Shown: positions 49,923 to 59,374 of the stretch, in pieces
Numbering within the stretch: position 1 is the stretch's first letter
Layout of the letters: every line of letters begins with the position of its first letter
The notes under the pieces: generated by a model
The model's database searches: none
Told to the model about the DNA's origin: nothing
Seen by the model: the letters and a program-made list of their open reading frames with translations, nothing else
Source: Gammaproteobacteria bacterium
Lineage (GTDB): Bacteria > Pseudomonadota > Gammaproteobacteria > Steroidobacterales > Steroidobacteraceae
Length of the DNA stretch: 64,000 nucleotides
Direction: 5' to 3'
NCBI GenBank assembly: GCA_037200125.1
Contig: JBBCGS010000002.1
Location: 763,488-827,487, forward strand
Position numbers and translations under genes: made by a program

Positions 49923-50324
49923 ATGCCGCTAGCCTCCAGCCCAGTCGTCTCACTCCCGCGGAGCAAAGCCATGACTGCAGGAATCGCATCGCTGCCAGCC
50001 CACGGTTTCGGTAGTGTCGTCATCGTTCGCGCACAGGAGTCGGCCGATACGCTTTCGGCATTTCGCGACCGCCGCTACGCGGTGAACGAGTCCGACTCGC
50101 TCAGCCTGGGGAATTTCGTTCGGGCGGCGCTGCAGACGCCGGTCGAGGTCTACAAGTTCTTCGAATCCGTCCATTTCAGCGGCTCGCATCGGCAAAGCGT
50201 GGAGATGGTTGCCGGCTATGAAGCGGACGTCGCGGCCGTAGACAGCTCCGCACTCGCCCACCTCGCAAGACTCTATCCGGCCCTCTTGGAGAAGGTGCGC
50301 GTGCTGTGCTGGTTGCCCGAGTGA
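49923..50324 (+). pseudogene. Internal fragment of a PhnD/SsuA-like periplasmic substrate-binding protein
   Basis: Aligns with the middle of the paralogue at 63298-64000 (..FSGSHRQSVEMVAGYEADVAAVDSSALAHL.. versus ..VSGSHRRSLEMIAANDADVAAIDCVTFAHL..). It lacks both the N-terminal signal region and the C-terminal about 70 aa. Confidence 0.45.
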
Positions 50325-50512
50325 GGGTCCCCGTTTAACCGGGACCCGTGCGGAACGCGCGACCATACGCGCGACGTGATTTCTGTTGCGGCGAGCGATG
50401 CGGTGGCCGACGTTCCCGCGAAGTTCCTGCCACGCGGGCACGGGGAACGACTGGAAGCGGGACGACCGGCCGCCCCGCTCCCATGCGTCAGCGATAACTG
50501 ATCCGATGAGCC

Positions 50513-50929
50513 TCAGGGCTTGAGCTGGGTACGAATCTCGCCGCTCTTGTGCTCGGCGCTGTGCACGTTCACGTACAGGTTGCCCGCTTTGAAGCTCTCG
50601 TACTGTGCGTCGGTCAACTTGGAACCTGCCGGCACGGCCCACTCGCTGTCGCCCTTCTTCTCGAGCGTGATCACGGGCGGGCCGTTCTTGCCTGCGGGCG
50701 CCTCGTGAATGTGGGCGGCGACACCGGTGATGCCGGTGGTCTTGATGCTGCCCGAAACGCTCTTGTCATCGCCAATCGTGATCTTGCCGGCGCCCTTGGC
50801 GGCGCTCGTCACGGCCGGCACTTCCTGCTCTCCGGTCAGTGAAACCGCCACGTCCTTGGCGCTCACCGCGGCAACCGCGGCCAGCAGCAACGCGCCCGCG
50901 GTCGCAGCCGCGAACATTCTGTTCTTCAT
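50513..50929 (-). CDS. Secreted CHRD-domain protein
   Basis: ATG at 50929 verified (MKNRMFAAATAGALLLAAVAAVSA). The CHRD-like beta region ends ..LYVNVHSAEHKSGEIRTQL. Confidence 0.72.
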   Translation of the reverse strand: MKNRMFAAATAGALLLAAVAAVSAKDVAVSLTGEQEVPAVTSAAKGAGKITIGDDKSVSGSIKTTGITGVAAHIHEAPAGKNGPPVITLEKKGDSEWAVPAGSKLTDAQYESFKAGNLYVNVHSAEHKSGEIRTQLKP

Positions 50930-51101
50930 ATTGGCCTCTCTCGAATGGGGTAAGGATGCGGGCCGGCCCCACAATGCCGGCCCTCGCGCGGGCACTCTAG
51001 ACCTGAGCGCAGCGTGAACCGAATGAATGTCTGCTATGTCGTCATGCCCCGGCAAGCGAAAACGTGCCGATGCGGCGCGCATGCGCTACCCTCCCGGAGC
51101 G

Positions 51102-52865
51102 ATGCGAAGTCCCACTGCCCTGGCGAGCCCACGCGCTCTGCGTGCCCTCGCTGTTTCGATATTCACCTGGTTGATCCTGACGCCCGCCGCGTGGGCTCAG
51201 CGCGACCCCGTTGAGGCCGAACACGGCATCGTTGCCTCGGCAAGCGTGCTCGCCTCCCGAGTCGGTACGGAAGTTCTCCAGCGCGGCGGAAACGCGGCTG
51301 ACGCCGCCGTCGCAACCGGCCTCGCGCTCGCGGTCACCTACCCTCGAGCGGGCAATATCGGCGGTGGCGGGTTCGCGGTACTGCGGCTCGCCGACGGCAC
51401 CGCCACGTCGATCGACTTCCGCGAAATGGCGCCTTCCGCCGCGACCCGCGACCTTTTCCTGGACGCGAACGGCAATGTCGTACCCGGCCGCTCAACGGTC
51501 GGACATCTCGCGTCCGGCGTGCCGGGCACGGTCGCGGGGCTGCAGCTCCTGTACGAAAAGTACGGTTCGCATCACTTCACGTGGGCTCAACTGGTGGAGC
51601 CTGCGCGCCGTCTGGCTGAAAAAGGCTTTGCCGTGAGTCCCGCGCTCGCACGCGACATGCAGGCCAGTTCCGCATTGCTCGGACGATTCGCAGAGTCCCG
51701 GCGCGTCTTCCTCCGGGACGCTCGTCCATATGAGCCGGGAGAGGTGTTCAAACAGCCCGACCTGGCCGCGACACTCCGGCGAATCGAGCGACAGGGCGCA
51801 CAGGAGTTCTATTCAGGAAAGACCGCGCAGCTCATCGCGCGCGAAATGGCGGCGAACGGCGGCCTCATCACGCTCGCGGATCTGGGCGCGTACCGCGCGG
51901 TGGAGCGGCCCGCGCTACAAGGAAGCTATCGCGGCTACCAGATCGTGACGATGGCCCCGCCGAGCTCCGGCGGCATCGCGCTTCTGCAGATGCTCGGCAT
52001 GCTCGAGCGACACGATGTGGCAAGCCTCGGCCTCAATTCCGCCGCGAAGATCCACCTCTTCACCGAGGTCATGCGCCGTGCGTTCCGCGATCGTGCGCAG
52101 TTCCTGGGCGACCCGGATTTCGTGCGGGTTCCGGTCGCGTCGCTGCTCGACCGCGCTTATCTCGACAAGAGCATGAGCACGTTCGACCGCGCGCACGCCA
52201 CGCCCAACTCCGCCTTGGCGCCCGCGGATCTTCCGCCGCCGGAGTCCACCGAGACAACCCAGTTCTCCATCGTCGATTCACAAGGCAATGCGGTCAGCAT
52301 CACGTACACACTGAACGGCCTGTGGGGCAACGGCGTAACGGTGGGGGGCGCGGGCTTTCTGCTGAACAACGAGATGGACGACTTCACGTCGAAAGTAGGC
52401 GTACGCAATGGATACGGCCTGCTACAGGGCGAATCCAACGCCGTGGGGCCGCGCAAGCGACCGCTCTCCTCCATGACGCCGACGATCGTACTGAAAGACG
52501 GGCAAACCTTCCTCGTGACCGGCAGCCCCGGCGGGCCGACGATCATCAACACCGTGCTGCTGGTGATCACGAACGTCGTCGACTTTCACATGAGCGTTAC
52601 TCAGGCCGTCGACACGCCACGCTTCCATCATCAATGGCAACCGGACGTGATCAATCACGAGCCGTTCTTCACCTCGCCGGACACGGTTGCGTTGCTCGAG
52701 GCGCAGGGCCACAAGCTCGCGACGCGCAAGCTCTACCCGAACTCTCCCGAGGCGGAAGGGCACACGTGGGGTGATGCGGAGTCGATCCTGATCGATCCGC
52801 GAACGAAGCGGCGACTTGGAGCCTCCGATCCGCGCAGCCCGGACTCGGCGGCGGTGGGCTGGTAA
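51102..52865 (+). CDS. ggt: Gamma-glutamyltransferase
   Basis: Signal peptide, then GGT N-terminal domain. The autoprocessing site T in ..SSMTPTIVL.. and the GSPGGPTIINTVL motif are present. Confidence 0.9.
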   Translation: MRSPTALASPRALRALAVSIFTWLILTPAAWAQRDPVEAEHGIVASASVLASRVGTEVLQRGGNAADAAVATGLALAVTYPRAGNIGGGGFAVLRLADGTATSIDFREMAPSAATRDLFLDANGNVVPGRSTVGHLASGVPGTVAGLQLLYEKYGSHHFTWAQLVEPARRLAEKGFAVSPALARDMQASSALLGRFAESRRVFLRDARPYEPGEVFKQPDLAATLRRIERQGAQEFYSGKTAQLIAREMAANGGLITLADLGAYRAVERPALQGSYRGYQIVTMAPPSSGGIALLQMLGMLERHDVASLGLNSAAKIHLFTEVMRRAFRDRAQFLGDPDFVRVPVASLLDRAYLDKSMSTFDRAHATPNSALAPADLPPPESTETTQFSIVDSQGNAVSITYTLNGLWGNGVTVGGAGFLLNNEMDDFTSKVGVRNGYGLLQGESNAVGPRKRPLSSMTPTIVLKDGQTFLVTGSPGGPTIINTVLLVITNVVDFHMSVTQAVDTPRFHHQWQPDVINHEPFFTSPDTVALLEAQGHKLATRKLYPNSPEAEGHTWGDAESILIDPRTKRRLGASDPRSPDSAAVGW

Positions 52866-52962
52866 GCCGAAAAACACCGGGAATCGCCGACTCCGCGCTC
52901 ATTCGAAGTGATTCGAATGGAGCCGCCGAGCCGGCGACTGTCGCGATCGATGCAGTTGCGGA

Positions 52963-55461
52963 TCAGAACCGCGCGTGCAACACCACCCCGACCCAGCGCC
53001 GCTGCCCGATGCCGTCATACGTGACGCGATCCGTTCCCGCGCCGCTCACACTGGTCGTGTACTGCGTGTCGAAGGCATTGCGTGCCAGCAGATCGACCTC
53101 GAACTTGCCCTCCTTGCCAATGAGTCCGACGCCGAGGTCCGTGACGGAATACGCCCCCTGCCAGGCATACCGCGACAACGTGACATCGAAGTTCTGCCGA
53201 GTGCGATACACGTTGGTTCCCCAGACGTGTGCCGTGAACCCCGAGAACACGGGGTGACGGTAATCCACGTCGACGGTGCCGGTGAACTTGGGCGCGGCGA
53301 CCACCGTCTTTCCGGTGTTATCGCACACCACGTTCTTGGCCGTGATGTTGAGCTCCCCCGGGCACGTGCCGGTGCGCCAGTCCGTGTAAATGGCATCGTT
53401 GTACGCGCCGCCGAGGCTGACACTCAGGTCGTGACTGGGACTCCAGGCGATATCGAACTCGAGGCCGCGCGCGCGAATCTCGGGAATGTTGCCCAGGACC
53501 GACTGATAGTAGAGCGTGCCGTCGTTCTGACGCTGAGTGGTCAGCTCATCGACGATACTCGTGACCTGCTGGTAATCCCGGACGCGCGTCTGATAGAGAT
53601 TGACGTTCAGCTGCAACGTGCGATTCAACAGCAGGCTCTTGATACCCGCCTCGATGTCGAACACCTTCTCCGGGTCGACATTCAGCGGTGCTCCGGTGCT
53701 GCTGAACTGAACGGAGCCGGACTTCTCCCCCGAAGCGACCGAGGCGTACAGCAACGAGTCGTCCGTGAGCTGATAGCTCGGGCTCACGAGCCAGCTCAGC
53801 GCGCTGCCTTTCACGGGCACGCCGATTTGCTTGCTGAACGATGCGCCCAGTGTCGTGGTCCGCGTGTTGTTGGCGGCCGCGATCTGCGCGGCGGTCGCAC
53901 CGAGCGTGGCACCCAGGGCGCCCAGGTCATTCAATGCCGAACCGTCGAAGAACGTCGGCAGCTTGGTCGTCGCGTTCGTCTTCTTCTCGTAGGTGTCGCG
54001 TAACCCGAGCGTGAGGGTGGTCTTGTCCGCCAGATGCCAGTTGACCTGGCCAAATCCCGCGTAACTCTTCGTGTCCGGGTTGATGACGGTCGTCGAGTAC
54101 ACGTTGTTCAGCGACGCGTTCAGGAGCTCACGGCCAGCCGCAGTGGCGTAGAGCGTGTTGTAGGACGCGTTGCTCGCGAACCACGCTCCCGCGTCTTGCC
54201 CGTAGAACGTTCGGCTATACGACGCATTCCAGCCGTGCAAATAGAACAGCCCGACCTGATAGTCGAAGCGCTCATTGACGGCCGACGACAGCCGAATCTC
54301 CTCGGACGTCTGGCCGGCATCGATATGGTTGCCGCCCCAGCCCACGTCGTACTTCGTGTAGTCCGAGTCGTTCTTCGCGTCGAAATAGTAGTTACGCACC
54401 GCGCTGATCGAAGTGAGCGTGGCACCGCCCAGATCCCAGTCCACCTGGACGCTGGCGCCATCATTCCGGGTGAGCACCGGCACGATCTGGTTGAGGTCTT
54501 CCTCCGTCCATACACCGACGAGCGGCACGTAGCCGGCGAAGGACGCCCGGTCGAAACGGCTGAGATACGTCGTCTTCGCGGCCGTCGCGCGCGGCGACCC
54601 ATCGTCATACGTCGTGGGCAGGGCCATCGTCGGCTGCGTGTTACTGCGCTCGTTCGACTCCGCATAGTCGAGATCGAGACGCACGGAGAGGTCCGACGAC
54701 GGCTTGTAAAGGAGCTGCACTCGCCCGCCCTCGCGATTCTTCTCGTGCGTGCGGCCACCCTGGGCATTGATGTTGGCGATGTCACCATCCTGCTTGTCGA
54801 CGAATATCGAGGCGCGATAGGCCAGCACGTCGTCGACGATGGCATCGGAGTACGACGCGTTCCCGCTGCGCGTGGTGCGAATGCCTGCGAAGAAGTTGGC
54901 CGAACCTTGCGGAGTGAAGCTCGGCGCGCGGCTGACATAGTTCAGCGCGCCGATGGTGGTGTTCTTGCCGAGCAGGGTTCCCTGCGGACCGCGCAACAGC
55001 TCGACGCGGTCGAGATCCGTGAAGTCCTGGTAGGTCATGCCGGGATGGGTGAGAAACACCCCGTTGACGATGACGCCCATCGACGCCTCGAGCGCATCGT
55101 TGCCCGCCGACTTGCCGATGCCGCGAATCGAGATGCCGGTGCGGCGTGAGTTCGGTGTCGTGGCTTCGAGACCCGGCGCCTTCTTGACGAGATCTTCGAG
55201 AGCAACCACCGCATCGCGCTCGAGTATCGCACCGCCGACCACCGACACCGGGATCGGCACATCCTGCACGGACTCTTCGCGGTTTCGCGAAGTGACCACC
55301 ACCGTCGCGATTTCCGGCCCCGCCGCGTCGGCGCTGTCGGCGGCATCAACCGCCCAGGCGCGCCCGGACGGCAGCAGCAAACCCGCGCCGAGCGCGGTGG
55401 AAATGATTGTAGTACCCAGCAGGTGCGCTGCGGGTTTGCGCTTGCGCGCCTCGATCGTCAT
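52963..55461 (-). CDS. TonB-dependent receptor (832 aa)
   Basis: Signal peptide, plug motifs (QDVPIPVSVVGG, ISIRGIGKS, VELLRGPQGTLLGKNTTIGALNYVS), 22-strand-length barrel and C-terminal ..HARF. Confidence 0.9.
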   Translation of the reverse strand: MTIEARKRKPAAHLLGTTIISTALGAGLLLPSGRAWAVDAADSADAAGPEIATVVVTSRNREESVQDVPIPVSVVGGAILERDAVVALEDLVKKAPGLEATTPNSRRTGISIRGIGKSAGNDALEASMGVIVNGVFLTHPGMTYQDFTDLDRVELLRGPQGTLLGKNTTIGALNYVSRAPSFTPQGSANFFAGIRTTRSGNASYSDAIVDDVLAYRASIFVDKQDGDIANINAQGGRTHEKNREGGRVQLLYKPSSDLSVRLDLDYAESNERSNTQPTMALPTTYDDGSPRATAAKTTYLSRFDRASFAGYVPLVGVWTEEDLNQIVPVLTRNDGASVQVDWDLGGATLTSISAVRNYYFDAKNDSDYTKYDVGWGGNHIDAGQTSEEIRLSSAVNERFDYQVGLFYLHGWNASYSRTFYGQDAGAWFASNASYNTLYATAAGRELLNASLNNVYSTTVINPDTKSYAGFGQVNWHLADKTTLTLGLRDTYEKKTNATTKLPTFFDGSALNDLGALGATLGATAAQIAAANNTRTTTLGASFSKQIGVPVKGSALSWLVSPSYQLTDDSLLYASVASGEKSGSVQFSSTGAPLNVDPEKVFDIEAGIKSLLLNRTLQLNVNLYQTRVRDYQQVTSIVDELTTQRQNDGTLYYQSVLGNIPEIRARGLEFDIAWSPSHDLSVSLGGAYNDAIYTDWRTGTCPGELNITAKNVVCDNTGKTVVAAPKFTGTVDVDYRHPVFSGFTAHVWGTNVYRTRQNFDVTLSRYAWQGAYSVTDLGVGLIGKEGKFEVDLLARNAFDTQYTTSVSGAGTDRVTYDGIGQRRWVGVVLHARF

Positions 55462-55476
55462 TGAGAGACCCTCGAA

Positions 55477-56331
55477 TCAATATGGTTTGGACTTGTCGCC
55501 CTGATATAGATGTTCGACGTCGTGCTCACCCTCGTGGCACTCCATCTCCCACCATTCGTAGTCCGGCTCATCCTTGTGCGCTCGGGAGAAGCTCGAGGCC
55601 AGCGTCCATGGCTGCGTGTACACCGCCGGATCCTCGTATCTCTGTTCCAGTTTGAAGTTGTTGGCGTCGATGAATGTGTAGCGCTCGGTGATGTGCACCT
55701 TGTCGCTCGCGAAATCACCCTCGTTGCTCAGGCGATGCTTCGAGTTGCTGTTCGTCACGTCGACGACGAGGGTGTTGCCCTCCCAATGGCCACGGGAGTC
55801 GGACATCCATAGTTTTATTTTTTCCGGGATGTGGGGACGCCCATCGAGTGGGATCACGCGATACGGATGATTCATGTCGAACACGAACACGACGTAGCCC
55901 GGATACTGGCGAATCTCGAGCTGCGACCAGAACAACGTGCGTGTCACGCCGCCGGGAACGCAGCGCGCTTGCGGGTCGATGTGTTCGGGCTTGACCCACT
56001 TTTCGATGTTCGCCTCGGTTTCCTGCTGTCGCGCGCGGGCCCAGGCCTGATAGGGAATCTGCCCGTCCGCCGGATCGACGACGCGAGAGTTCTCCGGCGG
56101 TGGCAGTTTCTTGCCGGCCTTCAAAGTCTGATCGATCTTTTCGAGCTGCTCGATACCCGGTGCGCGCGCCGGCCGGATCAGCGAGTAGGTGCCTTCGACT
56201 TCAGGTTTGTAGAAGCCGCGCACGTCGGGTTGACCATCCGGCAGATGGGCCGGCTGCCAGTCCGCCGCAGCAGCGGTACTCAGCGCCAGGACGCACACGA
56301 CACCCTGGCAAATTCGAGATGCGGTACTCAT
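55477..56331 (-). CDS. Secreted protein of unknown function, paralogue A (shared core WxSDSRGHWEGxTLVVDVT..)
   Basis: ATG at 56331 verified, signal peptide present. Shares about 40% identity blocks with the next gene (DSRGHWEGNTLVVDVTNSNSKHRLSNEGDFASDKVHITERYTF versus DSRGHWEGDTLVVDVTHFNDQTWFDRAGNFHSDALHVIERYTL). Confidence 0.7.
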   Translation of the reverse strand: MSTASRICQGVVCVLALSTAAAADWQPAHLPDGQPDVRGFYKPEVEGTYSLIRPARAPGIEQLEKIDQTLKAGKKLPPPENSRVVDPADGQIPYQAWARARQQETEANIEKWVKPEHIDPQARCVPGGVTRTLFWSQLEIRQYPGYVVFVFDMNHPYRVIPLDGRPHIPEKIKLWMSDSRGHWEGNTLVVDVTNSNSKHRLSNEGDFASDKVHITERYTFIDANNFKLEQRYEDPAVYTQPWTLASSFSRAHKDEPDYEWWEMECHEGEHDVEHLYQGDKSKPY

Positions 56332-57125
56332 GGATAGAACCGCTCGTAGTCGAACGTGTAGCACTCGTGCTCCAGAAGCTGGAAGTTCTTTTCCTTGTGG
56401 CGATAGAGAACCAGGTTGATGTTCCACGGCCGGGTGAACACCTTCGGATCCTCTATCGTCGCGCGGTACTCGATGTGATCAGGACCGATGAGGGTGTAGC
56501 GCTCGATGACGTGCAATGCGTCGCTGTGGAAGTTGCCGGCGCGGTCGAACCACGTCTGATCGTTGAAGTGGGTCACGTCCACGACCAGCGTGTCACCCTC
56601 CCAATGACCGCGCGAGTCGCCGAGCCACCAATCGATGTGCCCGGGCGGATGCGGCGCTCCGTTCGCATGAACCGTGCGCACGCTGTGCGCGTACTGGTAG
56701 AGGAACGTCAGCTCTTTCTCGGACTGAAAGATCTGAAAAGGCAAAGGCGTGTACGTGATGCGCGGTACGCCCGGCATGAAGCACTTCGCCAGCGGGTCGA
56801 GCTTCGCGCGCTTCGCGAAATTCTGATCACGACGCGCAAGCGCCCACGGCTGGTACGGAATGACGTCGCCTTCGACGATGCCGAGGCCTGCCGGCGCGTC
56901 CTTGCGTGCGGCATGCGGCTCGACGCCCCATTCCGCCGTGCTCAGCGCTTCCCATATGCCGGTGAGATCGGGTTTGCCATCTGTGCCGCGAGGCAAGCCG
57001 GGCCGGGAAGCCGTAGTGGCATCCTGCGCATTTACAACCGTCGCGGGGGCGCCGACTACGACAGCGAATGCAACGCTCGCAAGCAACGTGCGCCCGAAAA
57101 ATAGAGCCGTACGAGATCCGAACAT
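56328..57125 (-). CDS. Secreted protein of unknown function, paralogue B
   Basis: Signal peptide MFGSRTALFFGRTLLASVAFAVVVGAPATVVNAQD. Its stop overlaps the paralogue A start (ATGA). Confidence 0.7.
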   Translation of the reverse strand: MFGSRTALFFGRTLLASVAFAVVVGAPATVVNAQDATTASRPGLPRGTDGKPDLTGIWEALSTAEWGVEPHAARKDAPAGLGIVEGDVIPYQPWALARRDQNFAKRAKLDPLAKCFMPGVPRITYTPLPFQIFQSEKELTFLYQYAHSVRTVHANGAPHPPGHIDWWLGDSRGHWEGDTLVVDVTHFNDQTWFDRAGNFHSDALHVIERYTLIGPDHIEYRATIEDPKVFTRPWNINLVLYRHKEKNFQLLEHECYTFDYERFYP

Positions 57126-57131
57126 ATGCGG

Positions 57132-57536
57132 TTACTGCTTCGGAGCGTCGGCGTTATTGGAGCCCGCGTAGAAGTCCTGGCCGTTGGGCAGCCGGACGGT
57201 CGTCGCCGCCAGGATGGGCTTGCCGCTCTTGGCGAGGTATCCCTTGACGGTGACTTCGCCGCCGATCGGAAAGTCGGTCTTGCGCAGGCCCCTGCGCAGA
57301 AGCGCGTTCGGGCTGCCGAACTCGCAGGCCCAGTTGATTACATTGCCTTTCGGGTCCTTCACGTCGACATGGATCCACCCATGCGGGTTGACCCACTCGG
57401 TGCGTGTGAGCTTGCCCTTCAAGGTAGCGGGCTTGTCGATGTCGTATTCGGCGGCGAAGGCGTGGTGCGAAATCGCCGGCGCGCCAGCCGCGAGCATTGC
57501 GACGACAATTGCGAGGCGCAAGACCTGTTTATTCAT
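57132..57536 (-). CDS. Small secreted protein (about 134 aa) of unknown function
   Basis: Signal peptide MNKQVLRLAIVVAMLAAGAPAISHHAFA. Its stop is 3 nt upstream of paralogue B. Coordinates are from the ORF-track frame; my own base count of this stretch was off by one. Confidence 0.6.
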   Translation of the reverse strand: MNKQVLRLAIVVAMLAAGAPAISHHAFAAEYDIDKPATLKGKLTRTEWVNPHGWIHVDVKDPKGNVINWACEFGSPNALLRRGLRKTDFPIGGEVTVKGYLAKSGKPILAATTVRLPNGQDFYAGSNNADAPKQ

Positions 57537-57969
57537 AACTTCGTTCTCGAAAAAATCACCACGAAAATCGATCGGTTTCGCGCGGACGCGTGGGCGCCTG
57601 CGCAATCCGCGCTCTTCTCTTCCCGAAAATTGCTTTCCTTGTGACCGGACGGTCTACGGATCACCTGACAGGGAAGCCTCGATGCGAGGCTTACGCGTCA
57701 TGCACAGGCGAAGTGTTTCAAACTCAACAGCGGCGAACAAATACGATTTGCGAATCTCCGGATGACGGAGGGACATGAGAGCCGCCAGAGATCACGCTCT
57801 GTTATCTACTCTCGTACATGCCGGTTACACCTCGGGAAACCATCGAACATCCCATTTCGCTATCTAACCGAGTTGTTACGGCGACGTACTCTTACCGTCG
57901 CAACGCGAAGGCATCCAGCGCGATCGATCGCGCCCCGCAAGCCAGGGCGCGATTCAGGAACGGAAAAGA

Positions 57970-59343
57970 CTACAGCTTGCGCGCGACAGCGTCGCCGCCG
58001 GTCCGCGACGCATCGGTCAGCGTTGTCGCCGCGCCGGTTGCTTTCTCCGCGAGCAACTGCTCGATACGCTCGGTGAACTCCTTTCTCAACTGCGCGTGAT
58101 ACTGCCCACTCGCCCGCGACGCGAAACCCGAGTGCACCGTTCGCACCGTGCCGTCACGGCCAACGAACACCGTGGCGGGCCACGTGTTGAGATTCACGAG
58201 CTGCGGCACCTTCTCCCACATCTCAGCGGGCGCGCCCGCGATGAGATACGGGTATTTCACGCCGTATTGCTTCACGAACGCATGCACGCGCACGAGGCTG
58301 TCCTGCTGCTCCGGCTCCTCGAAATCGAGTGCAACGATCGCAAGACCCTTGTCGCGGTACTTCCGATCGAGCTCGACCAGGAGTTGCGCTTCATCATGGC
58401 AATTCGGGCACCAGGTGCCGGTCACGATCGCCAGCACCACCTTGCCCTTGAAATCCTCGTTCGAGACCGGCTTGCCGTTGACGTCCGGGAAGTTGAACGC
58501 AAACCGCTCCTTCGCATCGCGCGCCGTCGTGTGCGTCAGAAAGTTCGCGGGCTCCGGAAAGCCTTTGCTGCGCGCAACTTCCGGGCGGTAGGCGATGTAC
58601 TTGGGCGCCGCATCCCCATAGCGCTCTTCCGAGTAGCCCTTGCTGTCATTCCCCTGCAAGGCGTGGATGATCGCCTCGTTGTGCGCCAGCACGTCGAGCG
58701 TGCCATCACTGCGCGCACTGACTTCGATGACTCCCGGGCGCTGCCCGTCGAAGTGACTCAGCACCCACTTGCCGTCCTTGTACGCACCGCTGTAGGCGCC
58801 CGTATCGCCATCGACGCGCAGAATGGAAGCGGCCACCTCCGCCCCCTTCTGCCGCACGATGAAACGGAACGCCTTCTCGCCCTTGGACGAGGGCGAATCC
58901 AGCGGAATCTCCCACGCACCGTCGATCGACGGAACGTTCCGCGCGGTCGCGGCTGGCGCATCGACGTGACGAACGGCCCGGAAACCATACTTGAGGTGAT
59001 AGCCGGGCCCCGTCAGCTCGGTGTCGCCGATCAGCGCGCCGTCCTTCAGATCCGCGCTGATCGTCGTCAGGTAATGCTCGGCCTTCAGAACCAGTTTGCC
59101 GTCCTTGAACGTCGCATTCGTCGTCGTCTCGTACGGCTGAAAGCCATCGTAGAACGTTCCCTTGAGCGACGAATCGGTTCCGGAGATGTCCAGGCGGAAG
59201 GCCACCGGCGGTCCGTTATCGAGCAGCACCGCATCCCAGCGTCCGCTGATGGCGTCCGGCGAAGCGCCGGACGCACCAAACGCGACAGGTAACGCGCCAC
59301 CCACGAGAATCGCGAGAGTGGTTGTTCTCAGCAGCGTTTTCAT
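57970..59343 (-). CDS. TlpA/ResA-family thioredoxin-fold protein fused to a duplicated approximately 2 x 130-aa N-terminal beta-rich domain (paralogue 1)
   Basis: Signal peptide. Two similar modules (GRWDAVLLDNGPPVAFRLDISG..KGTFYDGF.. and GAWEIPLDSPSSKGEKAFRFIV..GAYKDGKWVLSHFDG..) precede a thioredoxin domain with WCPNC. Confidence 0.8.
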   Translation of the reverse strand: MKTLLRTTTLAILVGGALPVAFGASGASPDAISGRWDAVLLDNGPPVAFRLDISGTDSSLKGTFYDGFQPYETTTNATFKDGKLVLKAEHYLTTISADLKDGALIGDTELTGPGYHLKYGFRAVRHVDAPAATARNVPSIDGAWEIPLDSPSSKGEKAFRFIVRQKGAEVAASILRVDGDTGAYSGAYKDGKWVLSHFDGQRPGVIEVSARSDGTLDVLAHNEAIIHALQGNDSKGYSEERYGDAAPKYIAYRPEVARSKGFPEPANFLTHTTARDAKERFAFNFPDVNGKPVSNEDFKGKVVLAIVTGTWCPNCHDEAQLLVELDRKYRDKGLAIVALDFEEPEQQDSLVRVHAFVKQYGVKYPYLIAGAPAEMWEKVPQLVNLNTWPATVFVGRDGTVRTVHSGFASRASGQYHAQLRKEFTERIEQLLAEKATGAATTLTDASRTGGDAVARKL

Positions 59344-59374
59344 TGTCAGGATTCCTTGTCCTGCTGGGCAACGC

